A DNA stretch of 64,000 bases from Guillardia theta CCMP2712 (Eukaryota; Protista; Cryptophyta): NCBI RefSeq assembly GCF_000315625.1, contig NW_005434668.1, forward strand, positions 936,533 to 1,000,532, written 5' to 3'. A model generated the notes under the pieces. It was not told where the DNA came from, searched no databases, and worked only from the letters and a program-made list of their open reading frames with translations. The number at the start of each line of letters is the position of its first letter. Within the stretch, counting starts at the first letter, position 1. Positions 1 to 11,403 of the stretch are shown piece by piece. The position numbers and the translations under genes were made by a program.

Positions 1-930
1 CACAGATATTGCAATTTCCGTAGAGTCAGTCCGTAGACCCCGCCAGAACACACCCCATCGATTGATCAACATTCCAAATGCGCATTCAATGTTGATCCGA
101 AGTTGCGATTGATGAAAATTGTAGCTATCTTGCCAAACAGGAAGTCTCACTCCGTCGAACGGGGTGATGATACCCGGGACACCTTTGTATGCAGCATCAC
201 CTACAAGGTACATACCTTCACGATGAATATTGATTGAAGCAAGGTGTGCAGCCAAGTTCCCTTTTGAGAATGCCATGCTGTCATGTGTACTTCCAGGGCT
301 CTCTACATTATACCACAAAAATCTCCGACTGGAATCACATACGGCCTGAACGTTTAAAGCGAAACAAGACTTTCTGGTCCAATATCGTGCAGCTCTGATA
401 GCCTCTGGCCCCTTCACACAGTGGAGTTCGATCAAGATACCATCAACTGCTCCAATGCACTTGTCAAAAACTCCATTCGTTGACTTCTGCTTAAATCCTG
501 ATGCGATGGAGTTGAGTGTAGATTTGTCTGTCAAGCTGGGATATACAATTTGCAACTCTGGACATAGTCGAATGGCAAGCAAAACATTATTCTTGGAGTA
601 GAAAAAGCCTGTTTGCGATACACCATGAAAGTGATGAATATCAAGATATGACCCACTAGCCAATCAATGAATAGCCATAGACAGCTGCAATTCTGGAGAA
701 ATTGTTCCATTTGGGCAGCCGTGGTTGCCTTGAAGTTCATCTTAACAATGTCAAAAGCTGGAAGAAAGAACCTTTTGTCATTCGGTAGAATACACGAAAT
801 TGGTGGTCTGATAAATTCCGTACCCAGGTTTCCCAATTCAACCGCTTTCTACCCAATTCAACCGCTTTCTACAATCAGAGTATCCAACACTTGGCCAAAT
901 TTTCACAGTTCGAGTCAACACACAACACAT
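1..930 (-). pseudogene. PIF/Harbinger DDE transposase (HARBI1/DDE_Tnp_4-like), disrupted; 3' end runs off the window
   Basis: Manual minus-strand translation gives FRVFYRM, ISPELQLSMAIH*LASGSYLDI, CIGAVDGILI, YWTRKSCFALNVQAV, PGSTHDS, YLVGDAAY and RINIECAFGMLINRWGV, the ordered Harbinger motifs. In-frame TGA at 664-666, frameshift near 745, and a 20-bp tandem duplication (cccaattcaaccgctttcta) at ~832-871. Confidence 0.92.
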
Positions 931-979
931 GGTTGCATCTTTACGTTTTTCTTCATACCATTTATGTAAGATCTAAACT

Positions 980-3061
980 TCAATTCCACAGCCACTCCAG
1001 TTCATCAGGTCTAGAGGTGCACTTGACTCGCAGTTTGCGAACATAACTTGTCCATTTTAGCTGTCCACTTCGATTCGTCGAACTGCTACTAGCAGCTCCA
1101 ATGTCGATCCAATTCAGGTATTCATTGGCATACTTCATGAAGAATTCATTCGTTTCTCGGACTGAAGGATTCCCCCGCTCTATACAAACCAGTTGGTCCA
1201 TTTCCCTCCTTCTCGCTTCATTGTCCTGTTCGCTGTCCCTGATCACCTTCCTTATGAATTGATGAAAATGCCTCATGAAAAACTTCATATCTGTCAATCG
1301 TTTATCTTGGCTCTTCTGTGTCAAATCTTTTCCTCTCACACGTTTCAGCGGTGGAATTCCTTTTAAATTGTTGCCACAATGCCAAATGCTCCAGGCTGCC
1401 TCTGTTACTCCTGCCTCGTCCGATACTCGCATATCTTCCGGAAGAAGCCTCTGACCTTGGCACTGCTGTACTTCCGGCTGCTGCTGTGAATGAAGTGGCT
1501 CCTGACACACTTCCTCTTGCCGTTGTTGCACTTGCTGCGGTTGCTCTACCTGCTGCGGCTGCTGCTGCCCCTGCAGGTGCTGGAGCAATTCAAATTGTTG
1601 CTGCTGCAATTTCTCTATCATCCGTTTCTGCATGTCCCACACTTCCTGTAGCTTTGTGTACAATTCTCGTAGTTGCATTTGCACCGTGAAGTTCTCGTGG
1701 CCATGATTTTGTTGCATAGAAACTTGAAGCTGTTGTTGCAATAGCAGGCGATTTTCCTCATTCTTTCCCTGAAACTGTTTGAAATAGTTGACCATCTCCT
1801 TGAATTTCGCTTCCATCTTTTCCATCATGCTGTCTTGCTTCAGTCTCAGCTGCTCATTGCCTGCCACCACTTGATCAAGCTTCTCGTGCAAAATCATCCA
1901 CTGCTTTTCGTGAACCAGTGATGTGACATGAGGCGGACATCCAGTACTACGATAAATGGGAACCTGCACAGTGCACATCATGTTCTCGGAACTTTCATTC
2001 ATCTCTGTGGGTACGTCTGTAGGAAGCGGATCCTTGCCAGATGACAATTTCGTTCCACTCACGGCTCTCTCATCAGCGATGGTGTTCTGAAGACCTTTAT
2101 AGAAATCGGCTATTTGAACGTCAAACTTTCTCCTGTATGTTTTGATCTTGTGGTGCCTTCTATAGAAATGCCTAACGCCTGATCTCAAAGCTTCGTATGA
2201 CGAGAATTTCAACTTTTTCTTCATCATGACATTTACCACAAAGCTTGTCCATTGCTTGTATGAGAACCTTCTCGTATTGAATGGTAACAATTCTCTGCTC
2301 TTCAACAATTCTTTGATCTGCTTCGTAATTGGACCACGATTTCTGGGTTCGTTGTCTAAACAACTCTTGAATTCGTGATTCAAACAAAATGGTTTGGTTT
2401 CATACAACCATGCAATCAGTTGAGTTACAGAACTCAAGTAACATGCCTTCGAATTGTCCGAGAGCATCTTGTCTTTGACAGACTCGATTTTTTCTCTTGT
2501 TTCTTGTTCGTCCTCGCCTTCCACTTCCTCCACTTCCTCGTCCTCGTCCTCGTCCTCGTCATCGTCATCGTCGTCATCGTCGTCGTCATAGTCTTCGTCC
2601 GAGGCTTTATCTCCGTCTCCCTCTCTCTCTGCAGCTCCATCTGCGTCGTGATCGTTCTCCTCGTTGCATACCCGTCTAGTTCTGTTAGTCTCTGAAACGT
2701 ATTCCACAATTGATTCCGCGATTTGTTCTTGAGAGATGGAAGGCACAACTTTTGGGGTTTGCTGCTGCGCTGAAGTTTTTGGTCCCTTTGTTCCTTTCGG
2801 GTCGCGAGTCGAGCAACCACAATCACTCCACTCCTCACTCCATTCACTAGCACAAAGATGATGAAACATGTTTGAGCAGACAGTACATTGATACAGTTGA
2901 GATGCGTCGTCCCTAACCTTGCATCGTGAACCGAACAAGCATTTCTGACGGCTACCTTGCGACCCAGCGGCTGTGGCCATGCTGCGCGATTTTCGCGGGT
3001 TGCAGGTATGAAAGGGGGGGTGGGGGGTGGAGGGGGCTTGAAAATCTCCTGTTTTGGTCAT
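980..3061 (-). CDS. PHD-finger + Crypton-like (tyrosine-recombinase-derived) protein lacking the catalytic domain
   Basis: Intronless 693-aa ORF: C4HC3-like finger (CLFGSRC...CTVCSNMFHHLC...CGC), acidic tract, integrase core-binding-like segment (SKACYLSSVTQLIAWL...SYEALRSGVRHFYR...FYKGL...GKDPLP), TGCPPHV, Q-rich coil, C-terminal AWSIWHCG...IPPLKRV segment resembling Crypton C-termini. Confidence 0.65.
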   Translation of the reverse strand: MTKTGDFQAPSTPHPPFHTCNPRKSRSMATAAGSQGSRQKCLFGSRCKVRDDASQLYQCTVCSNMFHHLCASEWSEEWSDCGCSTRDPKGTKGPKTSAQQQTPKVVPSISQEQIAESIVEYVSETNRTRRVCNEENDHDADGAAEREGDGDKASDEDYDDDDDDDDDDEDEDEDEEVEEVEGEDEQETREKIESVKDKMLSDNSKACYLSSVTQLIAWLYETKPFCLNHEFKSCLDNEPRNRGPITKQIKELLKSRELLPFNTRRFSYKQWTSFVVNVMMKKKLKFSSYEALRSGVRHFYRRHHKIKTYRRKFDVQIADFYKGLQNTIADERAVSGTKLSSGKDPLPTDVPTEMNESSENMMCTVQVPIYRSTGCPPHVTSLVHEKQWMILHEKLDQVVAGNEQLRLKQDSMMEKMEAKFKEMVNYFKQFQGKNEENRLLLQQQLQVSMQQNHGHENFTVQMQLRELYTKLQEVWDMQKRMIEKLQQQQFELLQHLQGQQQPQQVEQPQQVQQRQEEVCQEPLHSQQQPEVQQCQGQRLLPEDMRVSDEAGVTEAAWSIWHCGNNLKGIPPLKRVRGKDLTQKSQDKRLTDMKFFMRHFHQFIRKVIRDSEQDNEARRREMDQLVCIERGNPSVRETNEFFMKYANEYLNWIDIGAASSSSTNRSGQLKWTSYVRKLRVKCTSRPDELEWLWN

Positions 3062-3162
3062 GATGTCCTAAAATAGTTTTAATAAGTTTGGGATTTCAGG
3101 AAATCCTGCGGGCAGGGATTTCAACTAGGAAAAATCCTGAAAACATGATAGTCGACTCGTAA

Positions 3163-3295
3163 AAGAATGCCTTGTCTTGTGATAGTCTATTCATTAAGAA
3201 TGCCTTGTCTCTTGATAAGTCTATTCATTAAGAATGCCTTGTCTTGTGATAGTCTATTCATTAAGAATGCCTTGTCTTGTGATAGTCTATTCATT
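3163..3295. repeat. 33-bp minisatellite, 4 copies (aagaatgccttgtcttgtgatagtctattcatt)
   Basis: Directly visible tandem copies; the second is slightly variant. Confidence 0.95.
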
Positions 3296-3301
3296 CGACA
3301 G

Positions 3302-6095
3302 CTAATGAGCAGACATCTGAGCGATGGTCTTCAAGGCTTCAGGGTGGATGGAGACCCAGTATCCAACTCCTCCCGCCAGCATGGCGAGGAGCGAGAATGC
3401 TGCGATTGCTCCCGAGGCTCCTTCCTCCCCATCTGCCAGAGCTGAGGAGGTTGAGGAGGACGCAACGACAGTGCGGGTAGACGCGCGGACGATGGCGTTC
3501 AGCCTTCCAGGGAGGGAGGACAGACTGGCGCGAGGGTCCGCCTGCAGCCCAAGGGACAGCAGCGCAGAACTTTCACGCTGGAGGATAGAAAGGGCCTCCT
3601 GCTTCTCTCCTCTTGTCAGGGCCTCCTCGGCCTCGCTGATCGCTCGCTCCGCCTCCTCTAGCTTCCCGCCCATGGCCTCCTCCTCGCTCCTCCTCCTCTC
3701 CATGTTGGCCTGGACAAGCAGCTCATCCGCCTCCTTGCTCAGGGAGCGGGAGCGAGCGAGAGCGGAATCTGCATCTTTCTTGCATTCCTTCGCCGAGGTC
3801 AAAAGCACGACCTTGTCCTTCAAGCCGACTTGCTCGTAACCGTCGATCAGCGCCTGCAGGGCTGCTTCCTCTCCCTGCGTCTGCGCGATCTCACGGACAG
3901 TAGCGATAGTCCTCTGCATCTCCTGCTCGACTCTGTTGAGCTCCCGCTGGGCCATCCCGAGTCCCCAGAAGCCTGGCCTCTTCTTCACGTTCTCCCGCAG
4001 CTCGTTGATCCTCTGCTCTAGAGCGTCGCTTGCCTGCATCCAAGGATCAGCTCCCTCCTCCTCTGACTCTCCTCCTGGCTCCCCTTGTTCCCTCCTCCCA
4101 GCGCCTCGACTGCACGGCACCACCCCCTCCCTTTCCCTCTTGCCCTCTCTCCCTCCATCCATCATCACTTCTCCGCACCTGAGCTTCCAGCTCCATGCTC
4201 TGTTTCATCAGCTTCTCTCCTTCTGCCTTGGCCTCCTTCGCGCTCTTCTGCAACTCGATCGACCTCTCCAGCTTTTCATCCCATGGATCCATCTTGAGCT
4301 TCCCGCTCCTCGCCTCCTCTACCTTCTCCACCACATCCTGGAGCCTCTTTCCGCTGTATCCTCTCGTGCTCAACCACAACTTCAGCTCTACCCCAGCTGC
4401 TCCCTTGCTCTGCCTGACGATGGCAAACACTTCAGTCTTGGTGATCGCACGAGAAGCCTCCCATCCCATGAGCTTCTCCTCCTCTGCAACCTCTCCCTCT
4501 GCTCCGATTCCCCACTGTTCGCGGTTTCTCTCAACGGCATTCAACTTGGCCAAGCAAGGCTCCATAGAGGAGCTTCGAGCCGGCTCGCTGCTACTCTCTG
4601 CCTTCTTCGGATCCTCCTCCTTGGCTCCGATGCCCCACTGCATTTTATTCCTCTCCAGCGCGTTCAACTTCGCCATGCAAGGTTCCATCGGAGCTTTTTT
4701 GGGCTTCTCCTCTACTTTCGTTGCCTCCGTCACCTTGGGCACAGGTGCCTCGTCTTTCCTCTCCTCCTTCGTCTCAGCTCCGATGCCCCACTGCTGCTTG
4801 TTCTGCTCCACTGCGTTCAGCTTAGCAAGGTTAACAACGGTCGACTTCTCTGCCTTAGCAGGAGCTCCTTCCTCCTCCTCCTTCCCAATGCCCCACTGCT
4901 TCCGATTCTGCTCTACCGCATTCGCCTTAGCCATGCAGGGCTGCATGCGAACCATCGGCTTGACCTCCTCGTTTTTCTTCTGGACTTCAGAGACGGACGC
5001 TTCCTTCCCAATGCCCCACTGCTCCCTGTTCCTTTCTACAGCATTCAACTTCGCCAAGCTTGGCTCCCTCTTCCCCTTGGCAGCGTTCTCCTCTCCAATG
5101 CCCCACTGCTTCCGGTTGGCCTCCAGAGCGTTCTTCTTTGCCAAGGAGACCTCCTTGCCCTCCTTGCCCTCCTCGCCAGCATCCATCGGCTTCGTGTCGT
5201 AGGACAGAGCACTGAGCTTCTCCAGCCTCTTGACCATCTTGGAGCAGCAGGTCAGCGATGAGGGTTGACAAGAACAGACAACCATCTCAGAGAGTCTCGA
5301 CTTGGCGCTAGAGGAGATCTCGTCCAGTCGCTCTTGTTCCTCAACCACCTGCACGCCTTCTCATCAAGACCATGCATGACTCATCTGCGGTCCTCTACCT
5401 TGCTGTAGTCATACTTGATGGGTTCTGTCGTCTCCTGCTCATCTCTTGTAAGGGCGATTTTGATGGAAAACAGGCAAGGGACCGGTATCTTCTCTGGCGT
5501 CAGAGTCACCGACGCAGCAGCTTGCAGCGAGTCTCCTTGCTGGGTCCACGTGTTCAAGGATGCATACACGTGCTGCTCATCGTACCTGGTTGACAAGCAT
5601 GGCCACGAGGAAGATCAGACCAATAGACGCTGCCGCGACCTCCACCATCACAGGGTTCACCCCTTTGGGAAGCAGCTGCTCTAGAGACTGCAGAGTCTGC
5701 ACCGAAGATCCCACGTTGATATTCTGAGCTCCGCTGCTGCCCACAGCCTTCTGCAAGGCTCCAGCCACATTCCCCACCTCCACAGCAGCAGGAGACGCCA
5801 CAGCTTTGACGCTCTGCGTCACAGCTGGGGAGGAAACAGGGGCAGCAGCCACATCAAAGAGAGCAGAGGCAAGGTCCTTGAAGTACTGTGGAGCATCGTT
5901 GGCGACGGCCTTCAGGCTGGTGGATCGTTTCCTCCATTGTGCTGTACATGGGCTGGCTCGATCTACAAGCAAGTGAGTGGGCCGTCCGCTCCGAGCTCCA
6001 AGGATGCTCGTCGGGGCGTTGAAGCCAAGTTCACACGACGCAGAGCACGTGCCAAGGGCTACCAGCGTGAGAAAGCCATTCCAGGCGACCCTCAT
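3302..6095 (-). CDS. Spliced, probably plastid-targeted membrane protein with six AKxNAxExNxxQWGIG repeats
   Basis: ATG at 6095 (MRVAWNGFLTLVALGTCSASCELGF, signal + transit-like). Phase-0 GT-AG introns join ORFs 5577-6260, 5381-5596, 4047-5354 and 3302-4168 in frame. Hydrophobic helices VAAASIGLIFLVAMLV and AIAAFSLLAMLAGGVGYWV. Confidence 0.75.
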
Positions 6096-6773
6096 GGCAG
6101 CGATTTCCTGGAGACGAACGGTAAGCACTCTAAAGAGAGAAAGGGGTCGGTGGTGAGGTGCCGATTGACATGAGATTCTTAGTGTAGTGTAAACAATCAC
6201 AGGTGAGATCGAGCACACTCCTGTCTTTTCTCGAAGATCTTTCGATGGTCGAGAGGCCATCAGCGGCCACCTCCTCTTCTAGATTCTTTGCTCATTGGTT
6301 GCATCAGCACCGCAAACACATCACTCGCTAAGCTCTACCCAGGATGAGATCATTCGATTCCGACCACAAGGGGACACGATATTCCAGTCGCACTCTTGGA
6401 TTCCCTCCTGTTCATGCCCTTCTACTATCATCGCTCTGCTGCTCAAACTCTGCCACCTCCTCCTCTTTCCTCTTCCTCCCCTTCCCTCCCCCCCACCATC
6501 CTTTCTCCCCAACTTCATCTGCATCCACACTTGGTGGGGAGGGCGTAGGGTAACATTTCCGATGGCTGTTCTCCAGCCTCGGATCTCAAGTCAATTTGGT
6601 ATATTCTCGTAAAATCAAAACTGTTTTTTCAAAAATATAGGAACATTTTCTGAATTTTTGGTCCCTTTCGGTAAAAAAGTCCCCCACTTTATATGGTGTA
6701 ATTTTTTTTCGTTTTCCTTTAAAAAAAATATTTTTCTTTCAAGAAGCTGTAAAACTTGTCGGGGCAAGGGGCA

Positions 6774-7888
6774 ATGCAGAGAGCTGCGATAAAGCGGGCA
6801 TGCGGGACATGCATGAAGTGCCTGTCGCTTCCGCGTCCACCGACTGCCACAACCAAGTGCAACGCGATCGGACATGCTCCAAGAATGTTCTCCCAGCAGT
6901 CAAAGCACCCAAAGGAAGCCAACTCCATATTCGACAAAGGTCTCAGTCCGCAATCGATTTCAGCTGATTTCTGAGGTTCTTTGATGCATGCAGTTGAAAG
7001 GCGATTCAAAGAGGAGACTATCAAGGGAAGCAAATCAATATTTCTGTTCAACATGAAACGACAACTCTCCCTGCAGAAGGAGGTTTTACCTGAAAGCTCA
7101 CTCCGATTGAACTGATCCATAAGGATACAGGCTCTGGGGATGGAAGTTGGGTACACGTCTAAGATATCCGAAGTGTACGAGGTCTTCCGATCCAGCTATA
7201 CAGACTTCCATCCCAACTGCACAGTCGCACACGAAGACGAAAGAGCTGCGTATCACATCCAGACAGCATGTTTGGTGTTGGCGGCTTATAGAGTACTGAC
7301 CGAGCAAATCAACTTAGACCCAGAAAAATCAGTGGAGATTATCAACAAAGTGAGTTCTTGTTGCTCACTGCTCTCATCTTTACATCTCTCTCCTCAAACT
7401 GACTGTGTTGCATTGTGTTTCAGTGCATGGGAGACTCTGATTCCTGGGGTGAGAGGGTCATACAGGGAGCTCTCATGATGATTAGCCGAATCATCCAGTA
7501 CCGCGTTGACCTGTACGACATGCTGTGTGAAACGTCTGAGAGGATGAAGAATCTTGACATGGGGAAGTTGTTCGTCACGGAGAGCACGAGTAGTGATAGT
7601 GAACATGTGACGACCGTGACCACATGCTTCTACCACAAGTTCTTCACGGGGAACAACGAGGCACATCTTACCGCTGCCATCTTCTGCCCTGCCGAGGGCA
7701 AGTTGTTCGAAAAGGCCACAGGGCACACGCTCTCTGATTTAGGTCTCCTGCCTTGTTCTTGTTCTTGCGGGATGTCTTAGAGGAATGCAGGTGACGGTGT
7801 GAAAGGTTGCCGGTTCGAGGTTGTGAGTACCCTTGCCAACGGCGATGATGCATGCAGGTTTGTTGTGAGGAGGGACAAGAGGGGGTGA
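6774..7888 (+). CDS. L-2-amino-thiazoline-4-carboxylate hydrolase-like (ATC_hydrolase family) protein, spliced
   Basis: Exons encode VTTCFYHKFF...LTAAIFCPAE and FEVVSTLANGDDACRFVV, matching the family's Cys motifs. Basic N-terminus may be a mitochondrial presequence. Confidence 0.65.
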
Positions 7889-8131
7889 AGCGATGGGAAG
7901 ATGAAATGAGAGGAATGGCATGGGGGGTGAAATATAGGGAGAAGAAAGGGCGAGGTTTGCTGGGGGGAGAGCTGGGAGGGAGTTGTGTGGAGAGGAGTGG
8001 AGGACGACGACGGGAAGCCGACAGGTAGGGATGGAGATAGAGTTTTAGAAATTGAGGAGGAGAGGAGGAGGGCAAAAAGGAGGATTTGTACATTCTGCAA
8101 ATGAAAGAATCTGAACATCACGACACGTCTG

Positions 8132-11050
8132 TCACCAATCGATGCATGCAACCCTGTTGTACAGCTTGCACTCGTCACAAGTGGCATGCACGCAGTGCCT
8201 GAAAGTCATCAGAGCAAGGAGGAGGAGGAACAGGGAACTCCACCTCCTCGGGTAGTCCACAAGGGGGCAGGCGCAGCGGGGGCAGATGACGAGGAGCAAG
8301 TGGAATGCGTCCCGGATATCAGAGGCGATGGAGTTGAGGTGAAGGGAGGGAAGGGGGAACGGAGTCCGGGCTCCAGGCCTTGCACTCCCTCCCAGCACGA
8401 ACAGACCTCCTAGGCCGACCACTTGGGAATGACCGTAGTAGGCACAATGGCCGCCCCTGCCCGCCGGTACACCGACGGAAAATTTGCAAGCATCCTCCTC
8501 CTCCTCCTCCTCCTCGGAAGGAGGGTCGAGGCCGTAGCCAGCATGGGAGGAGGAGAGGGAAGGGCCAAGGGGGAAGGAGTCCTGAGTGATCTTTCTCCAG
8601 AGGTACTTGTCATCGCTCCCAGCAGGAGGTCTGTACTTGAGGATGAGGTGTTTCCTCACCCCAGGGAAGGGGTCTTGCTGCCCGACCTCCTGGATCCATT
8701 GGTCCAAGTTCTCCCTCCACCTCCTCTCCGACCTGGAGTCATTCTTCTCGATGATGCCAAAAGATCTGCAAATGCTCATCATTTCCCCCTTCCTCTGAAC
8801 ACACTTCCGTCCGTCCGTCCGTCCGTCCGTCCGTCCGTCCGTCCGTCTGTCTGTCTGTCCTTCCTGTCTACTTGCATCCTTGCCAGGCTACCTGCCTTCC
8901 TGCCAGCATCGTTCTTCTTCCTGCACATGCCTTTGCCCCATTCTGAACCCTTATGCTCTACCTTCCCTCCTTGATCCTCCAATGAATCCCTTTCTTTCCA
9001 TTCTTCATCTCTTCATGTACACATTCCTCCCTCCCTCCCTCCCTCCCTCCCTCCCTCCCTCCCTCCCAGTACGCCTGCCTACGTCAGCTTATCGAGCATC
9101 TGTTGTGCTGCACCTGTTCTCGATCATCAGGTCCCGCAGCGAGCCATCCGCCTGAAGCTGCCGCTCGAGGTAGAGGGTGACGTCGGAGAAGCTCGTCCGA
9201 AAGCCGTACAAGGCCTCCAGCACTTGCCCAACTGAGCCAGCAGGGAAGGAGACGATCTCGCCCTCGGAGTAGATGACCTGGCGTGAGTGAAAGTGAGGGG
9301 AAAGAAGCGTGGAGGGAGGGTTTGAGGGCAGAGGACGAGAGAGGAGAATGAAGAGTATAGGATTTGAAAGTTGGAAAACAGAGGAGGAAGTCAGTAGGGG
9401 AGGCGAAGCAGCTAGGAATTGAATTACAGTTCTTGAGACGTCCTTGTACAGACGAAGTTCCCAGGCATCGGCGTGCGCCTGGAGAAATCCGTTATATCTC
9501 CTCCCCCCCCCTCTCCTCTTCTCTCCTCTCCTCTCCTCTCCTCTCCTCTCCTCGTTCAAAATACCTTCCCGTCCTTCCCGAACCCTCCGAATCTAGCTTG
9601 GAAAAGATGGCGGCACACAAATCAGGAGGAGGAGCGAGAAACATAAGACTCTCACAGGACGTATCGGCGATTCCGATCGTACTGCTGAGTCCAGTGCTTG
9701 CGGTACAGCTCCTGCCAGCCTGTTCAGACCAGCCCGCCGCCTCCTCCTCAGCCCTCACGGTGATCTCGAGGTCACGCGAATGACTTTCTCTCGCGTCCAG
9801 CTCGCTCCGAAAGAAGTACCTGAGCAACTTTTCTCAGCTCGGTTTCACCTATCTTACACAGTCACCTCGCTTCGTGGGTCGGATGCTCTAGCGGGCCCAT
9901 ATCCTGCAGGCCGGAGCTCTGATCCCCGTGCTCGTCTACCTCCTGCTCCACCCTGACCTCCGTGAAGCTGTGCAGAGCTCGAGGAGGCGGCAAGGTCTGC
10001 AGCCCTCCACGGAGGTCTGCGCCCAGGGTGTCTGTCCTGACTTCATTCGGGACGCCCTTGTCCTCCGGTAAAACTGAGAACAATCGCTCTCTCCTGCAGT
10101 CTACGATGGGCACTTTCTCCGCCGTCCCGAAGTCGATTCGCCACAAGTCCATGCTGCAAGGCTCTCCGTCCTGCCTCTCCCCCCCTACAACGAGCAGCTT
10201 CCCTTCCTCAAGGAGAACGGCAGAGTGCCCAGAGCAGGGGCCCCACCCTCGTATGCGGATTTGCTTCCATCGCCAGACGTTTGTATCGAGCTCCCACAAG
10301 TCGTCGAACCTTCTCCCCGCCATGCCCTTCCCACCCAGGATCAGAATCCTGCGATTGTCCACCAGAGTAGCAGAGTGCATCGTCCTGCACGCCGGGCGCT
10401 CGGACGGCCGATGGTAGCAGGAGGACTGCTCATCGTCGAAGTCCAGGGCTTCCCAGAAGAAAGTGCAGCTGCTCTCGTAGTGGGTGAGAGGATCGGAGGA
10501 GCGGGAATGGGACGAAGAAGCGGTCGCTACTCTCTCGTCAGTGATGATGTCCACTGTCTTCTTCCTGCTGCTCTGGCGCGACGCTGCCTTGGCGAAGTTG
10601 ATGTTGAGGACCGCCACGGTCCGTTCGAGCTCCGACCTTCCGCTCCCTCCCACCATGACAACCTTGAGGTGGTTCTGAGAGAGGGAGAGCAAGGACGACG
10701 TGTGGAAAGCCCTGCTCGGTGTCCAGTGACTCGTCCCGCCGCCCTCATCAATCGCAGGCTGGCATTGCACCTGGTACCACCTCCCCGAGGAATGGCTACC
10801 GCAGCGTCAGGGGCGGAGTATAGCAGGAGAGCAAGGAGGACCTGAAGAGGTGAGCATCGTTCAGCGTCTTGCTACCATCGTGCCCTCCGAAGAGGAGGAC
10901 GCATCCGTCCGGCAGGATCTCTACTGTGTGCCCGAACCTCTTCGTCGGCTCCGTCCCCAGCTTGGTCCTACCACCACCACCTCCTCCTCCTCCTGACGTC
11001 CTCTCGCTCACGATCTCCCAGATCATGTCGCTTCCATGCCCCTGCCTTCA
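8132..11050 (-). CDS. Kelch-repeat protein, multi-exon (5' end uncertain)
   Basis: PTKRFGHT...LLFGGHDG, PSRAFHTS...MVGG, PACRTMHSA...ILGGKG...DDLWELDT, GHSAV...VVGG, PPPRALHSF blades. Confidence 0.8.
8806..8860. repeat. (CCGT)n/(CTGT)n microsatellite in a kelch intron; (CCCT)n at ~9028-9066
   Basis: Directly visible. Confidence 0.9.
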
Positions 11051-11403
11051 ACGTCAGCAGTGTCCCCCCGTCTCGCCCTCGCCCTCCCCCTTCCCTATCT
11101 CATGGCATCGCCCGCTCCTCCTCCAACCATTCCCTTGCCCCCCTTCCTCTCCCCCTCCCTTCTCTCGTTTTCCCTGCCCCGAGAAAATCTCGCCCCCTTT
11201 TTACCCGTGAATACGTTTTCCTTCCCCCCTACCCCGCCTCCCTCTCATCTTTCCTGCCGGTCATCCCGCGACCGCTGCCTCCTCCTCCTCCTCCTCCTTC
11301 TCCATACCCTCGAGCCTCCTTTCCCTCGACCGATCCCCCAACATTTCTCTTCGACGAGCATGTAACTTGATACGTTTTGTTTACAAACAACTAGTCTACA
11401 CAT

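Larger units (their letters stand above)
1..3162 (-). mobile_element. Putative two-ORF DNA transposon or nested Harbinger/Crypton block; only one end in window
   Basis: Intron-free and AT-richer than flanking genes. GGATTTCA/AAATCCTG motifs in both orientations at 3090-3140. Candidate terminus ...gtcgactcg|TAA at 3159-3162. Confidence 0.55.

Noticed and set aside
313-313. Ambiguity base 'y'
   Set aside because: Consensus heterozygosity or collapsed repeat copies, not a feature.
531-969. ORFs 531-836(-) and 667-969(+)
   Set aside because: Off-frame or antisense to the disrupted Harbinger transposase.
3163-3295. CRISPR-like 33-bp repeats and ORF 3167-3445
   Set aside because: No spacers; the ORF is just the translated minisatellite.
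3936-5261. Long plus-strand ORFs (441 and 335 aa)
   Set aside because: Antisense shadows of the QWGIG-repeat gene.
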